From: an uncultured Planctomycetota bacterium
GTDB taxonomy: Bacteria; Planctomycetota; Planctomycetia; Pirellulales; Lacipirellulaceae
Direction of reading: 5' to 3'
DNA length: 64,000 nucleotides
Assembly (NCBI GenBank): GCA_963719315.1
Contig: CAVRBU010000003.1
Coordinates: forward strand, 224,001 to 288,000
Below the pieces are notes generated by a model, which saw only the letters and a program-made list of their open reading frames with translations, made no database searches and was not told where the DNA came from. A program made the position numbers and the translations under genes. Shown one piece after another: positions 32,822-43,201 of this stretch. Numbering within the stretch: position 1 is the first letter of the stretch; every line of letters begins with the position of its first letter.

Positions 32822-34946
32822 GGGAGCCGAGGCCAGATTTTTCGACGAGCCAGTACGAGCGGCCTAACCAGCCGTGGGTGTGCGGGCTTTCGGAGCATGG
32901 CCACGCGTGCCCAGCGGGGCCGACGGCGCGCGGCGCTGCCCTGTTCTGGCCGAGTGTGCGCGATGCGCGACGGCGATCGGTGGCAGTGTAATCGCTCGTC
33001 GATCCGCGGTGGACCGTGCGACGAAGGGCCGACGCCGGAGGGCGGTTGTGGCTGTGTACATTCCTGTCGACCGGTGCGTAGCTTGCGGGCGAAGCGCGGT
33101 CGCTTCATCGCGGCTTGTGCTGTGCTGGCGACTGGTTGTGTGTTCATTGCGCTCGGCGTGGACTCGCGCGACCGTATTATCAGGCCGGGGCCGCTCGCCC
33201 AACAGCATGCGCAGTTGTTGGAACGCGCGGGCGGCACGCCAAATTGCGGCGCGTGCCACGCGGCGGCGTCGCAGAGCGTGGCGGGGTGGGCGATGTCTTT
33301 GGTAGTTGCGCACGACGATCTACCGACTCAATCTCAACTTTGCATGAACTGCCACGAGACGACGATTTCAAAACAGCACGCACTCGCAGCTCACAATCTG
33401 CCGTGGCTAGAAAAGGGGTCAGAACTGTTTTCTTCAATTGCCGGAACCGGTCGTCCTCTTTCGACTCGTCGAGAAAATAGTTCTGACCCCTTTTGTATCG
33501 CGTGCGCGGCTTGTCATCGCGAGCACCATGGGGCAGATGTGAACCTGGTAGCGATCGATAACGCGGCTTGCCAGTCGTGCCATCAGCAGCGGTACCAGAG
33601 TTTTGCCGAGGACCATCCGGATTTTGGCATCTGGCCGTATGAACGGCGGACGCGGATTGTGTTCAATCATGCTTCGCATCGTGGCAAGCACTTTGCAGAG
33701 AAGAAACAGGCGTTCGACTGCCGATCGTGCCACGTGAGCGATGCTTCGGGACGTGTCGAGCGGCTGGCAAGTTATGAGACGGCCTGCGCAGCCTGCCACG
33801 ATGAGAGGATCGCCACGAGCGTAGGCCGTGGCGTACCGATGTTCGCGCTGCCGACGCTGGATCTCGCGGCGGTGAAAAAAACGGGCCGCGATATTGGCCC
33901 GTGGCCGGAGGGGGCCACCGGCGATTTCGATGGCCGGTTGCCACCGGCGATGAAGCTGCTGCTCGCGGCCGATCCTGCGGCAGCACGAGCGATGACGAAG
34001 CTGGGCGAGAATTTCGAGTTTCAGGACGTTGATCCCCATGACGCGCAACAAGTTTCGGCGTGCGCCGATTTGGCGGCGGCAATCGAGGCACTTTTCGCGG
34101 ATCTGATCAAGCGCGGGCCGGTGGCCCTGCGCGAACGGTTATCGGCAACTCTGGGGCGGGACGTGACGGCCGCGGAGGCCACAACGCTTATGGCAGGGCT
34201 TTCGCTGGACACGCTGCGTGGGGCAACAACTTGGCTGCCGGGGGTTGGTGCCGGCGCGGTCGAGTGGCAAGTAGGCAGCGTGGGTGGCATGTTTTCGACG
34301 CGAGGCGGCGCGAGCATGTTGCGGCCGCGCACCGGCATGCCTACGCCGGCGGCCGGCGAAGGCATAGCAGCCGGACATGTGGCACTCGGCGGGGAGCCGA
34401 GCTACGGGCCATCGGGTACTTGGAGCCGCGACGATGCGACGTTTTCGGTGCGATATCAACCGGCGGCGCATGCCGATCCAGTGCTGGCGTCGTGGCTCGA
34501 AGTGTTGGCGAAGACACCGCAATTGGAGTCGCGGCCCGTGGCGGCGGCGATGATCAAAGAACTCTCGAAGCCCACCGCGCCGGGATTATGTGCGTCCTGC
34601 CACAGCGTGGAACAAAGCGAAGGCGGAGCATTGGCCGTTAACTGGCGGCGCCTACGATCGCTCGACCGAGCCGCGCGGCTTTACGAAGTTCGCCCATGGG
34701 CCGCACTTGACGTTGCCACAGTTGGAGAATTGCGCGAGTTGCCATGCGATTGATGATGCGGCGAACGCGGCGGGATCGTATGCGGACTTAAGTCCGCACC
34801 ACTTTGTGAGTGAGTTCAAGCCGATGGCGAAGCAGCAGTGTGCGGCGTGTCACACGAAGGCCGCGGCCGGGGATAGCTGCCAGTCGTGCCACAATTATCA
34901 TGTGGATGCTAGAGGGTTCAGGGTTCAGGGTTCAGGTTTGAAATAA
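32818..34946 (+). CDS. Membrane-anchored decaheme c-type cytochrome with Cys-rich N-terminus (frameshifts near 32930, 32960, 34648)
   Basis: GTG overlaps the upstream stop (GTGA). Seven CxxCH in ORF 32897..34753 plus three in ORF 34590..34946. Confidence 0.82.
33411..33494. repeat. 84-bp element with 22-bp terminal IRs, in-frame within the decaheme gene
   Basis: AAAAGGGGTCAGAACTGTTTTC ... GAAAATAGTTCTGACCCCTTTT (one mismatch). Confidence 0.8.
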
Positions 34947-34972
34947 AAACTGAACCCTGAACTCTGAACCCT
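34913..34972. repeat. Inverted heptamer-repeat hairpin (GGGTTCA)n / (TGAACCC)n between convergent genes; possible bidirectional terminator
   Basis: Arms at 34913-34935 and 34950-34972. Confidence 0.75.
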
Positions 34973-34975
34973 TGC

Positions 34976-37021
34976 CTAGAATTTCCAGCGGAACTCGGCG
35001 CGAGCGCCGCTGACGTCGGGGGCGTCGTCGAAGAGGCCGTGCATGACGTCGAACCGCAGGAGCGTCGCATTGGAGATGGGCACCTGGTAACGGGCACCGA
35101 TGCCGTACTGATTTCCCGGTGCGTTGCGAAGGGCCGGGTCGCCAAAAACCTGCACCGTAGCAAATTCGACGATGAGCTGGTGCGTGAATTCGGGCGAGAG
35201 CAGATCGATGCCGAAGGCTGCGCCGTAAGTGTTAGCGGCCGTGGCGTCGAGCGTGGGGAAGCCGGTGAGGTTGTCGGACTCGAACAGGATGCCGGTATTG
35301 CGCAGCACGCCGCCGGCGGCGCCGGCGCGGGCGACCGATTGCGGATCGTCGAAGCCGGACCACAGATTGATGTACGGAATCACATTGTACGGCCAGCGCG
35401 TAAGGAATGAATTCTCGGCGATAAGGAGCACGCCGTTGGCCGTTCGATCGTCGGTTGGGCCGTTCTGGCCGGAGTTGACGATCACGCGCATGGAGTTCGA
35501 CAGCAGGTTCAGGTATCGCCGCGTGTAGGAGATGCCGACGTTGTTGTAGCTGCGGCCTTGGTTGGCGGTGTCGTCCAAGAAGGCGTAGCCGAGCTCGATA
35601 TAGCCGCCCTTGGATTCGATCATCGTGATGACGCCGAAGACGTTGGCCGCGGCCTGACTGTTCTCGAACGCCGGGCTGGTGACCTGGTCGAAGCCGGCGA
35701 AGAACGTGATGTCGTAGTTCGACCAATCGAGGGTTGGGTTGTTACGCGCCGGGATTGTGGCCGCCACGCCGACGATTGCGTCTTCCATCCACACGCCGTT
35801 CTGGAACAGCAGCGGGATCAGGCCGACGGTGACCGGCATATCGAACTGCGCGTATTTTCCGGTCCAGCCGCCCAGCATGTAACCGAGGTCGCCTTCGAAG
35901 AACGCGGTGTCGGTATCGGCGTTGAAGAAATCGAGCTCGTTGAAGAACTCGCTGCCGCCGTTGTCGAATTCGACGCGTTGAAAATCGTTGCCGCGCTGCA
36001 GCGGGCCGGTGAACATGTGGAACCGTTCGGTCGAAGTGAGCCACAGGTCCCATTCGAGGTTCAGGCGGTTGGCGACGACACCCTGGGCGTTCGCGTTTTG
36101 ATCGTTGTACGCGGCGGCGGCGCGATAGTCGCCGTAGATATAAAACCGCGGCAACGAGGGGTTGGTCGGGCCGCAATCGAGCGATGGCGGCGGCACCGGG
36201 CCAGTGTCGTACAGCGGAAAGCCCCATTCGACGAGCGGCCGCTGCGTGGGGTTCAGGTATTTGTCGCCGTAGACGCCGAGTTCGGCGCACGTGTCGTAGG
36301 GCTGATCGCAGAACGGGTCGGGACTGAAGTCGCCGGTGCTGTAGGGCGAGAGTTGGGCGCGGCCGTCAATGCAGGGTGGCTGAGGTGGAGCGCAGCGACC
36401 CCCCATCTGCACTGGGGGCTCGCCTTCGGCTCGACCCCAGCCACCCGAAGAACCCGATTCACATTGGTTGCAATCGGTGCATGGCGGCGGGCCGAAGATT
36501 GAGGCGTACGGCGAGGGCGGGCCGCACGGGGGCGCCGCTGTGTAGGCGCCGTGAACTGAATCGACGCCCGGCGTGCGGGGCGCGATGAGGCCGTAACGAC
36601 ACAGGCTGGGCATGAAATACGATTGCACGTGCCACGCATCGCACGGTGGCGGGCAGTTGTACGACGGTCCCGCATCCATCACGCCGCGCTCCTCCCAAGC
36701 ATCGCCCGCGATTGGCGGCGGGGCGAAGACGGCGGAGGTGGGAGTGGGGAATGGGGAATGGGGAGTGGGGAGTGCGGAAGGCGGAGTATTGCTGCTAGGC
36801 GATTCTCCCTCACCCCGGCCCTCTCCCGGAGGGAGAGGGAGAGTTTCGGATTGCGCGGGGAGCGAGGCGAGGCGCGGGGACCAGGACTCGGATGGATACG
36901 GCGTCCACGCTTCGGACGGATATTCTTCCGCGACCAATCGGCTGCTCGCGAGCGCAGCGACGATGAACGCCAGCCGAATCGCGGCGGGCATTCTTCGACG
37001 GGATTGAGCGAAAGTCGTCAT
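34976..37021 (-). CDS. Predicted outer-membrane beta-barrel protein with Pro/Cys-rich N-terminal region
   Basis: Signal peptide, alternating amphipathic strands in the C-terminal ~380 aa, and a terminal ARAEFRWKF beta-signal-like motif. Confidence 0.7.
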   Translation of the reverse strand: MTTFAQSRRRMPAAIRLAFIVAALASSRLVAEEYPSEAWTPYPSESWSPRLASLPAQSETLPLPPGEGRGEGESPSSNTPPSALPTPHSPFPTPTSAVFAPPPIAGDAWEERGVMDAGPSYNCPPPCDAWHVQSYFMPSLCRYGLIAPRTPGVDSVHGAYTAAPPCGPPSPYASIFGPPPCTDCNQCESGSSGGWGRAEGEPPVQMGGRCAPPQPPCIDGRAQLSPYSTGDFSPDPFCDQPYDTCAELGVYGDKYLNPTQRPLVEWGFPLYDTGPVPPPSLDCGPTNPSLPRFYIYGDYRAAAAYNDQNANAQGVVANRLNLEWDLWLTSTERFHMFTGPLQRGNDFQRVEFDNGGSEFFNELDFFNADTDTAFFEGDLGYMLGGWTGKYAQFDMPVTVGLIPLLFQNGVWMEDAIVGVAATIPARNNPTLDWSNYDITFFAGFDQVTSPAFENSQAAANVFGVITMIESKGGYIELGYAFLDDTANQGRSYNNVGISYTRRYLNLLSNSMRVIVNSGQNGPTDDRTANGVLLIAENSFLTRWPYNVIPYINLWSGFDDPQSVARAGAAGGVLRNTGILFESDNLTGFPTLDATAANTYGAAFGIDLLSPEFTHQLIVEFATVQVFGDPALRNAPGNQYGIGARYQVPISNATLLRFDVMHGLFDDAPDVSGARAEFRWKF

Positions 37022-37126
37022 CGAATTCTTGTTTGGAACACTAATCATCACTAATTTCCGCTAATCTGCATTAGTGACGATTAGCGGAGATTTGTGTTCC
37101 CTCTTCCGATTGCATTTTCACTGTTG

Positions 37127-39627
37127 TCAGCGGACTTCGAACTCCACGCTCATTGGGTGGATATCGATCATCCCTTCGTTCATCGCCCGCTCCATCTCGG
37201 CCGTTGCGTTGCAAAACCGCATGAAGTAAATCGGCTCGGAGCGGCTGCGGAGGCGGAACGATAGGCGGTACGTGCCAGGCTGGCGAATGAGCTCGCCCGG
37301 AATGCGGTACGGCACACGGCGCGAGCCGAGTGGGGCGAGCGATTGGCTTTCCATGCGGATGAACGGCGGATGGTTGAGCACGGTGATCGGCTGCGCGCCG
37401 GGGCGGATGAACGGCAGTTGGTCGATGTCCAGATTCACCGGCACATAGAATTCGCGGTCGGTGCCCTTCGCGCCGGTGATCAGGAACATCGTCTGCAGGT
37501 TGAACAGTTGCCAGTCGTACGGCAGCGTCTTGTTGCGCACATCGTACGAATGGATGTTGGCCACGTCGCCCGAGGAATCGGTGTAACCGGTTTCCCAGAG
37601 CCGCGTGCCATCGGGGCCGACGAGTACGATGTTGCCCCACAATTGCGGCTGGGCACCGAGCGACGCGGTGAGCAAGTTGTGGCCGTCGTTCGTGTTCGTG
37701 ATGATGTAGTTGAATTTCACATCCTGCCCGCGGCAGAGTTGCGAATCGAAGAACGGGCCTTCGACGTGCGAGCCGTTCTCCATCACCTGCACGCGGAGGT
37801 CGCGCTTGAGCTCGATCTTCTTGAGGTTGGCGTCGATGATTTCGCGGGCATCGAGTCGGTCGTCGGCCTCAGCCCACACGGGCGGGAACGTGCATTGCAA
37901 CTGCCCGTCGGCCACGCGGTCTTCGAATTCCTTCGTGCCCCAGCCGGCGCGCCAATCGAACGTGAGCCACTGCTCCATCGTCCAGCGGTTGGCCTTCAGG
38001 TTGAACGGGAAGACGCCGGGGTGGGCGATTGGATAGTTCGGGCCGTAGAAAACGTGGTTCGACTTCTTGCGGTTGTCATTCACCGTTTTGCCGGAGACTT
38101 TGGCGATGGGTCCGCAGTCGTAGCCGAGCGGCAGGCCTGGCACGCGGCCCATGTGGCAGTCCTGGCATTGAATGCCCTTCTTGCACGCGGGACTCGCGCG
38201 GTACTGCTCCCATACGACCTCCAGTTTGATGCCCGGGTACACGGCCACTTGATGGCACGGCGTGCAGAACTCGCTCCGCGTGAGCGGTTGGAAATACACA
38301 CCGGCGATGTGGATGTTCTGGCCGGGGCCCGGCTCGTTCGGAGCAGTTTTGACTTTGAACTGTTCCTTGTGGGCGATTGTGTCGGCCACTCCGTCGCCGC
38401 CGATGCCGCCGAAGACGGGGGCGAAAATGTCGCCCGGCTCGATCCGCCGCTCGCCGTTCGATTTGCCGTAGGCGTATTGCACGCGATGACAGGCGACGCA
38501 GGTGATTCCCTCGCGGGCCGCCTCGGGCAAATTCCACAGCGGCTCATCGCGCGTTGCGCAGAGCGACGTGGCCACCGGCGCGTGGCACCGCATGCAGAAA
38601 TAGCCGACCGTGCCCTGCGACAAGTCGTTGAGCTTCTGCTCGAACTTGTTGAACATGGGTGAGACGGCGGCGTAAGCGTGCGCCGACATGCTCCACTGCT
38701 CGTAGATCTCCTCGTGGCAGACTGCGCATTCGCGAGCCGAGGGGTAGGCGTTTTTGGTGAACAGCTCCAGGTGTGGATCGATGGCGGGCGGCGGGGCGAA
38801 GACGGGGGCGGGAGGGGTGGGGAGTGGGGAGTAGGGAGTGGGGAGTTCGGATTCGGTTGCGGATGGTCCGGCTGCGGGCGCGGGGGGCGGGAAAATGGGC
38901 TGGGGGGCGAGAGGTGCGGAGCGAGGGGCGAGGTCGGAACTTGGTGGCGAGGATGGAATCTCCGGAGCGGCTGCGTTTGGTTTGGCGCTTGGCTCACTTT
39001 CCTTGGCGGCTGGATCGGTTGGAGGCGATTCAGTCTGCGCGGGAGGTGCCGCGCCGGCCGGCGGTTTTTCATTCGGACCGAACCAGTCTTTGGGATCGAC
39101 TAGCCACTCTCCACGGTTTCCCTTCCCTTTTTGGGAGGGGCCAGGGGAGGGTTCAGCGGCCGATCCCTCGCCCAATCTCTCCCCGGAGGGGCGAGGAGTT
39201 TTTGCGCCTGGGCGATGCGGACCGGGTAGCGAATGCGGGGCACGGCCGGTTCATACGCCGGATTTGGAACGTGGTCGGCCGTCTCGCGATACGGTGGCAG
39301 AATCGCGTCGACTTTTTCCGGCGAGTTGGCGACGGTTTCCAAATCGATGACCGCGGCAAGCGGGCAGGCTTTGTAGAACTCGGCGAGCTCGGCATCGGCG
39401 CGGGCTCGCGATGCTGTTGAGAGCTCGCCGACCACGGCGGCCGTGGGGCCCGTCGACCCCAGCGACTCTCGCGATGCTGCTGGGGGCTCGCTGGCGCTTG
39501 ACCCCAGCCACCCGGCTGTTGTGCAGGCCAGGTACGCGATTCGGCCGGCCGTGGCGAGCACGGCGGTGGCGAATGCGAAGTGGCCCAGGCGGCTGAGGAG
39601 CGAGTTTTTGGCGTGCGGGTGACTCAC
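37127..39627 (-). CDS. Exported pentaheme c-type cytochrome (c554-like N-domain plus beta-rich C-domain); frameshift near 39185
   Basis: CAVCH, CMRCH, CVACH, CTPCH, CQDCH. A signal-like N-terminus lies in the upstream frame (GTG at 39627). Confidence 0.82.
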
Positions 39628-39665
39628 GAGGCGATCGCGGTGAGGTGGCGATAGAACGTCAGGCA

Positions 39666-39995
39666 AACGCTGGCGGGGAGACCTGCGGTCGGGGGTTGTG
39701 CGGGGTCGGGAGACCCGCGCACAACTCATGTCAGGCACGCCTGACCTACGGGCACGACAACACGTCTCTCGTTATCGAGCAGGCACGACCGACAAATCCG
39801 GTTTTTCGTGCCTGCACGGCAAAGCCGGCGTGCCGGGCAGAACCGGCAGAAGCGGTATATGCCGCAAGGTTTGACAGGCGAGTCGGAAAAGACAAGGAGC
39901 CAAGGAGCCAAGGAGACAGGGAGACAAGGAGGAACGCTGGCGGGGAGACCTGCGGTCGGCGGTTGTGCGGGGTCGGGAGACCCATGCACAACTCA
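39666..39995 (+). repeat. Two 63-bp direct repeats (39666-39728, 39933-39995), each with a hairpin TTGTGCGG-GTCGGGAGACC-GCACAA
   Basis: Directly visible near-identical copies. Confidence 0.8.
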
Positions 39996-40020
39996 GTCCC
40001 GCGCACAGCGCACAACCGGG

Positions 40021-40640
40021 TTAGCGGCCTTGCTCGTCGAGCAGCGTTGTCAGGCGAGCGGCCAATTCTGTCGGCAATGCGGCGAGGAGCGGGCGATCGG
40101 CCAAACCGACGTCGATCAAATCGCGGAGGTGTAGACGGTCCTGCTCACGATTGGCCATGAGCTTCATTTAGACGAGCTTTTCCAGCGAAACCACACGATG
40201 ATCGCCCGGCAAAGTCGTTTGGTCGGTCAAAACGGGCGCGGCAACCACATCGCTGGGTCGTACGATTTCGCCCGCCCAAACTATATGCACCGCGTGTCGG
40301 GGATTCGGGTCGCGGCGGTCGAGGAACATGCCGACGCCCATGGTTTCGAAATAATCCATGTCGGCGGTGCGGGCAGCGGCGCGGCGCGGGGCAGCTCGGC
40401 GCGGGCCAGCAGCACGTCGACTTCCTTCGTCGTGCGAACGGCGGCTGGATCCTTCGTCGCGACCCACAAGGCAACGGCCTGGCCGCCGACCAGCGCGTAA
40501 GAAACACCGCCCCCACGAAAGGCCGACGTAATGCGTTGCAGGCGATCGGCGATGTCATCGAGGGCCATGATGTAACGCTTCCAAACGTCGGCGACGGGCG
40601 ATCCATAAGTTTCGGAATCGCTGGCGGAGGCAATCGTCAT
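40021..40640 (-). pseudogene. Nucleotidyltransferase-family gene with a frameshift (~40380) and an in-frame TAA (40168)
   Basis: YALVGGQAVA..RTTKEVDVL; after the stop it reads MKLMANREQDRLHLRDLIDVGL, typical of this family. Confidence 0.7.
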
Positions 40641-40691
40641 AGTTATCAGCGTATCTGCGAGCGCGGACCGCAGCAAGCTCGGGGAGCGGCG

Positions 40692-41074
40692 GGTGGTGGC
40701 CTAATTTGGCACCGTTCGGACCGGAACTTTGTAGCACGGACTTCAGTCCGTATGAGGAGCACGGACTGAAGTCCGTGATACGAGCAAGCTGTGCCGCAAA
40801 GGTAGGTCCCTTCTGCCGGAAGGGACCTTGCGAATTCACGTTGTGGCAAAGCGGGTCCAGGTCCCGCTCGGCAAGCGGGACCCACTTTTTTCGCCGCTGC
40901 GTGAGATGCAGTGCCCGATTCTAGTCGATCAATCCAAGTCGCCTCATCGGGGTCGGAGACATTTCCCACAACTTTCCCGATTCAACCTATGTAGGTCCCT
41001 TCTGCCGGAAGGGACCTTGCGAATTCACGTTGTGGCAGAGCGGGTCCAGGTCCCGCTCGGCAAGCGGGACCTAC
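40692..41074. repeat. REP cluster: one GTAGCACGGAC-type composite plus two GTAGGTCCC-type doublets (40802-40883, 40991-41074)
   Basis: Same families as at 23035 and 20399. Confidence 0.85.
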
Positions 41075-42294
41075 TTTTGGGAGACTCGGCGGAGGCGAGT
41101 GACGTGGAAGAAGGCGGCGAAGGCCACGGCCATTAGTGCCGCGCTGGATGGTTCGGGCGTTGGATTTGCGTTCCCGTCGTAAGACGTGCTTTGAATGAAA
41201 GAGGCGTCCGATAGGGCGTGCACTTGTGAATCCGTGAGGAAACCAAGCATCTGCGGAATGACGAGCGAATTGTCGACGATCCAGCCAGGTCCGTCAAAAT
41301 TCCGCAACTCAGACAAGGGCGGCGGCACGTCGCCAACGAAGTCGATCGTGGAATAGTAAGGCCAATCGATCCAAGGCATTGGCCCCCCGAAAATCGGCTG
41401 GGGCATTAAAATCGGGATTTCGGGCGCAACGATCGAGATTTCGTCAATCGTTTCGGTCGGACGCGGCACCCAAACCGAAGGACCGTCGCTGGGAACCTCT
41501 GCTTGAGGCGACTTTGGGGGTTGCGGTAGTGGCTCGGGCTCATTGATTACCACGGGCGGCGTTACGAGCGGCGGAACCGGGAATGTAGGCTGCACTTCGA
41601 TTGGCGCGATAACAGCCGGTGGCGGAGGGGGTGGCGTGAAAGCGGGCTCGGGGAGCACGCGCGAAGCGTTGTCGATCGGAGTGCCGAACTCGATGACCGA
41701 TCCGGCGGCCGTACCGGGCACTAGCACAAAATTACCTTGCCCATCTACCAAGCTAAACGTGATGTCGTTGGTCGAGAGGGCCGAGTACGTAGCGCCGTCC
41801 CATTGCACAAATATGGAACCAAGCTGCGATTGGCCGTTCTGGCCTAGCATTCCGCGAGGGTCGGACGCATCGAGATGCATAGCGATCGACGCGATGATAC
41901 GGTGCAGGTCGCTCGTGTTGGTTCCAGCATCAGTGTTGACGATATAGGTCGATCCATTGGGAGGGAGCGAACCATCCCAACCGGCGCCGGTCGCTAGCGA
42001 ATTCCAACCGAGCATATCGTGCAAGCCGCCCGTTAAATTAATATCGAAAAGGGAGTTGGCAAAGCCGCGCTCATTGGCGGTGAGGCCGTCGATCAGGAAG
42101 TTGAAATCGACCTGGTAGATTCCTGGACCTGCGAGAATGCGTCCCTCAGCAGAAACGTCGAACGCCAACGGAGCGAAAGCATCGTCGAAGCGACCGACCA
42201 CCGTAGGGGTGATGGTAAGATTCGCCGCAGGGACTTTCGCGGCGATCCAAGTATTCTCCATTACGACTATTGCCCAAAGTAGGTAATGCTTCAT
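41071..42294 (-). CDS. PEP-CTERM surface protein with Pro-rich linker
   Basis: Signal-like N-terminus; C-terminal TPEPSSAALMAVAFAAFFHVTRLRR. Confidence 0.82.
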   Translation of the reverse strand: MKHYLLWAIVVMENTWIAAKVPAANLTITPTVVGRFDDAFAPLAFDVSAEGRILAGPGIYQVDFNFLIDGLTANERGFANSLFDINLTGGLHDMLGWNSLATGAGWDGSLPPNGSTYIVNTDAGTNTSDLHRIIASIAMHLDASDPRGMLGQNGQSQLGSIFVQWDGATYSALSTNDITFSLVDGQGNFVLVPGTAAGSVIEFGTPIDNASRVLPEPAFTPPPPPPAVIAPIEVQPTFPVPPLVTPPVVINEPEPLPQPPKSPQAEVPSDGPSVWVPRPTETIDEISIVAPEIPILMPQPIFGGPMPWIDWPYYSTIDFVGDVPPPLSELRNFDGPGWIVDNSLVIPQMLGFLTDSQVHALSDASFIQSTSYDGNANPTPEPSSAALMAVAFAAFFHVTRLRRVSQK

Positions 42295-42372
42295 CAATGA
42301 CTCCGGTCCGGTGGAGTCGTAACTATAACACAGCGTGTTATTGCGACCAATCTCGACCGCACACACGGAAAC

Positions 42373-42404
42373 AAAAAAGGGCCCCGGAAAACTCCAGGGC
42401 CCTT
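42373..42404 (-). terminator. Rho-independent terminator after the PEP-CTERM gene 42431..43201
   Basis: Minus strand AAGGGCCCTGGAG-TTT-TCCGGGGCCC followed by a T-run. Confidence 0.75.
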
Positions 42405-42430
42405 GAGGACTTCAAGTTGTCAGGCAACGG

Positions 42431-43201
42431 TTAGCTGCGGCGACGGACCAAGCCGAGGCCACCGAGCATTGCCAAGCCGAGCAGCGTAACGGTCGCTGGC
42501 TCGGGAATAGTTGACTCGGTTCCAAATCCGAGGGCCGCGCCATTTCCAGTTTGGGTTGGGCCAAACTCATTGTTGGTCGTGGTGAAGCTGTACTGCTGGT
42601 TCTTGATTGCCAAATCAGCCGTTCCAAGGCCATTCCACTCAACAAAGAAAGAACCGATATAAGATGGGTTTCCCGTACCCGATCCTGGCACGCCGGCAGC
42701 CGAGGGAGCTTGCGGAGTACCGAGCTTGTTGCGGGTGTCGGTCGCCGTGTCTTGAATTGTCGCCGACGCAATGGATGCCAGAATACCCTGGAGGTCGCCC
42801 GGGGCACCGGCATCCGTGTTTGTGCCGTACACCGGAACAACGCCGCCGGGGGCGGCGCCATTACTGTCAAACGTCGCCGCATTCGGATCGTAGTTCAAGT
42901 CCGGTCGCAACGTCAGGAGGGAACCACCGGCGTTGTTCATCGCCATTGTATCAAACAATGTATTCGCCCAACCTTTTTCGCCTGCATCCGCTTGCGCGGT
43001 AAAAGTGACCTGAATTTGAAAAACGCCGGATTGAGCGTTCGCGACACGACCACCCACTGATAGGACCGGTCCAAGATCAGCAAACGTGATTGGGTCGAAC
43101 CGGTTAGAGGCGGTCATCATCGTTGTCATTGAACCTGCTTGGGCCAACGTGGCCACAAGTCCTACCATCACAAAGCTGCTAGCCAAGATTTTGAATTTCA
43201 T
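42431..43201 (-). CDS. PEP-CTERM surface protein
   Basis: Signal peptide ..TLAQA; C-terminal IPEPATVTLLGLAMLGGLGLVRRRS. Confidence 0.92.
   Translation of the reverse strand: MKFKILASSFVMVGLVATLAQAGSMTTMMTASNRFDPITFADLGPVLSVGGRVANAQSGVFQIQVTFTAQADAGEKGWANTLFDTMAMNNAGGSLLTLRPDLNYDPNAATFDSNGAAPGGVVPVYGTNTDAGAPGDLQGILASIASATIQDTATDTRNKLGTPQAPSAAGVPGSGTGNPSYIGSFFVEWNGLGTADLAIKNQQYSFTTTNNEFGPTQTGNGAALGFGTESTIPEPATVTLLGLAMLGGLGLVRRRS

Noticed and set aside
39666..39995. Mini-CRISPR from two direct repeats
   Set aside because: 63-bp repeats about 200 bp apart do not fit CRISPR geometry; they look REP-like.
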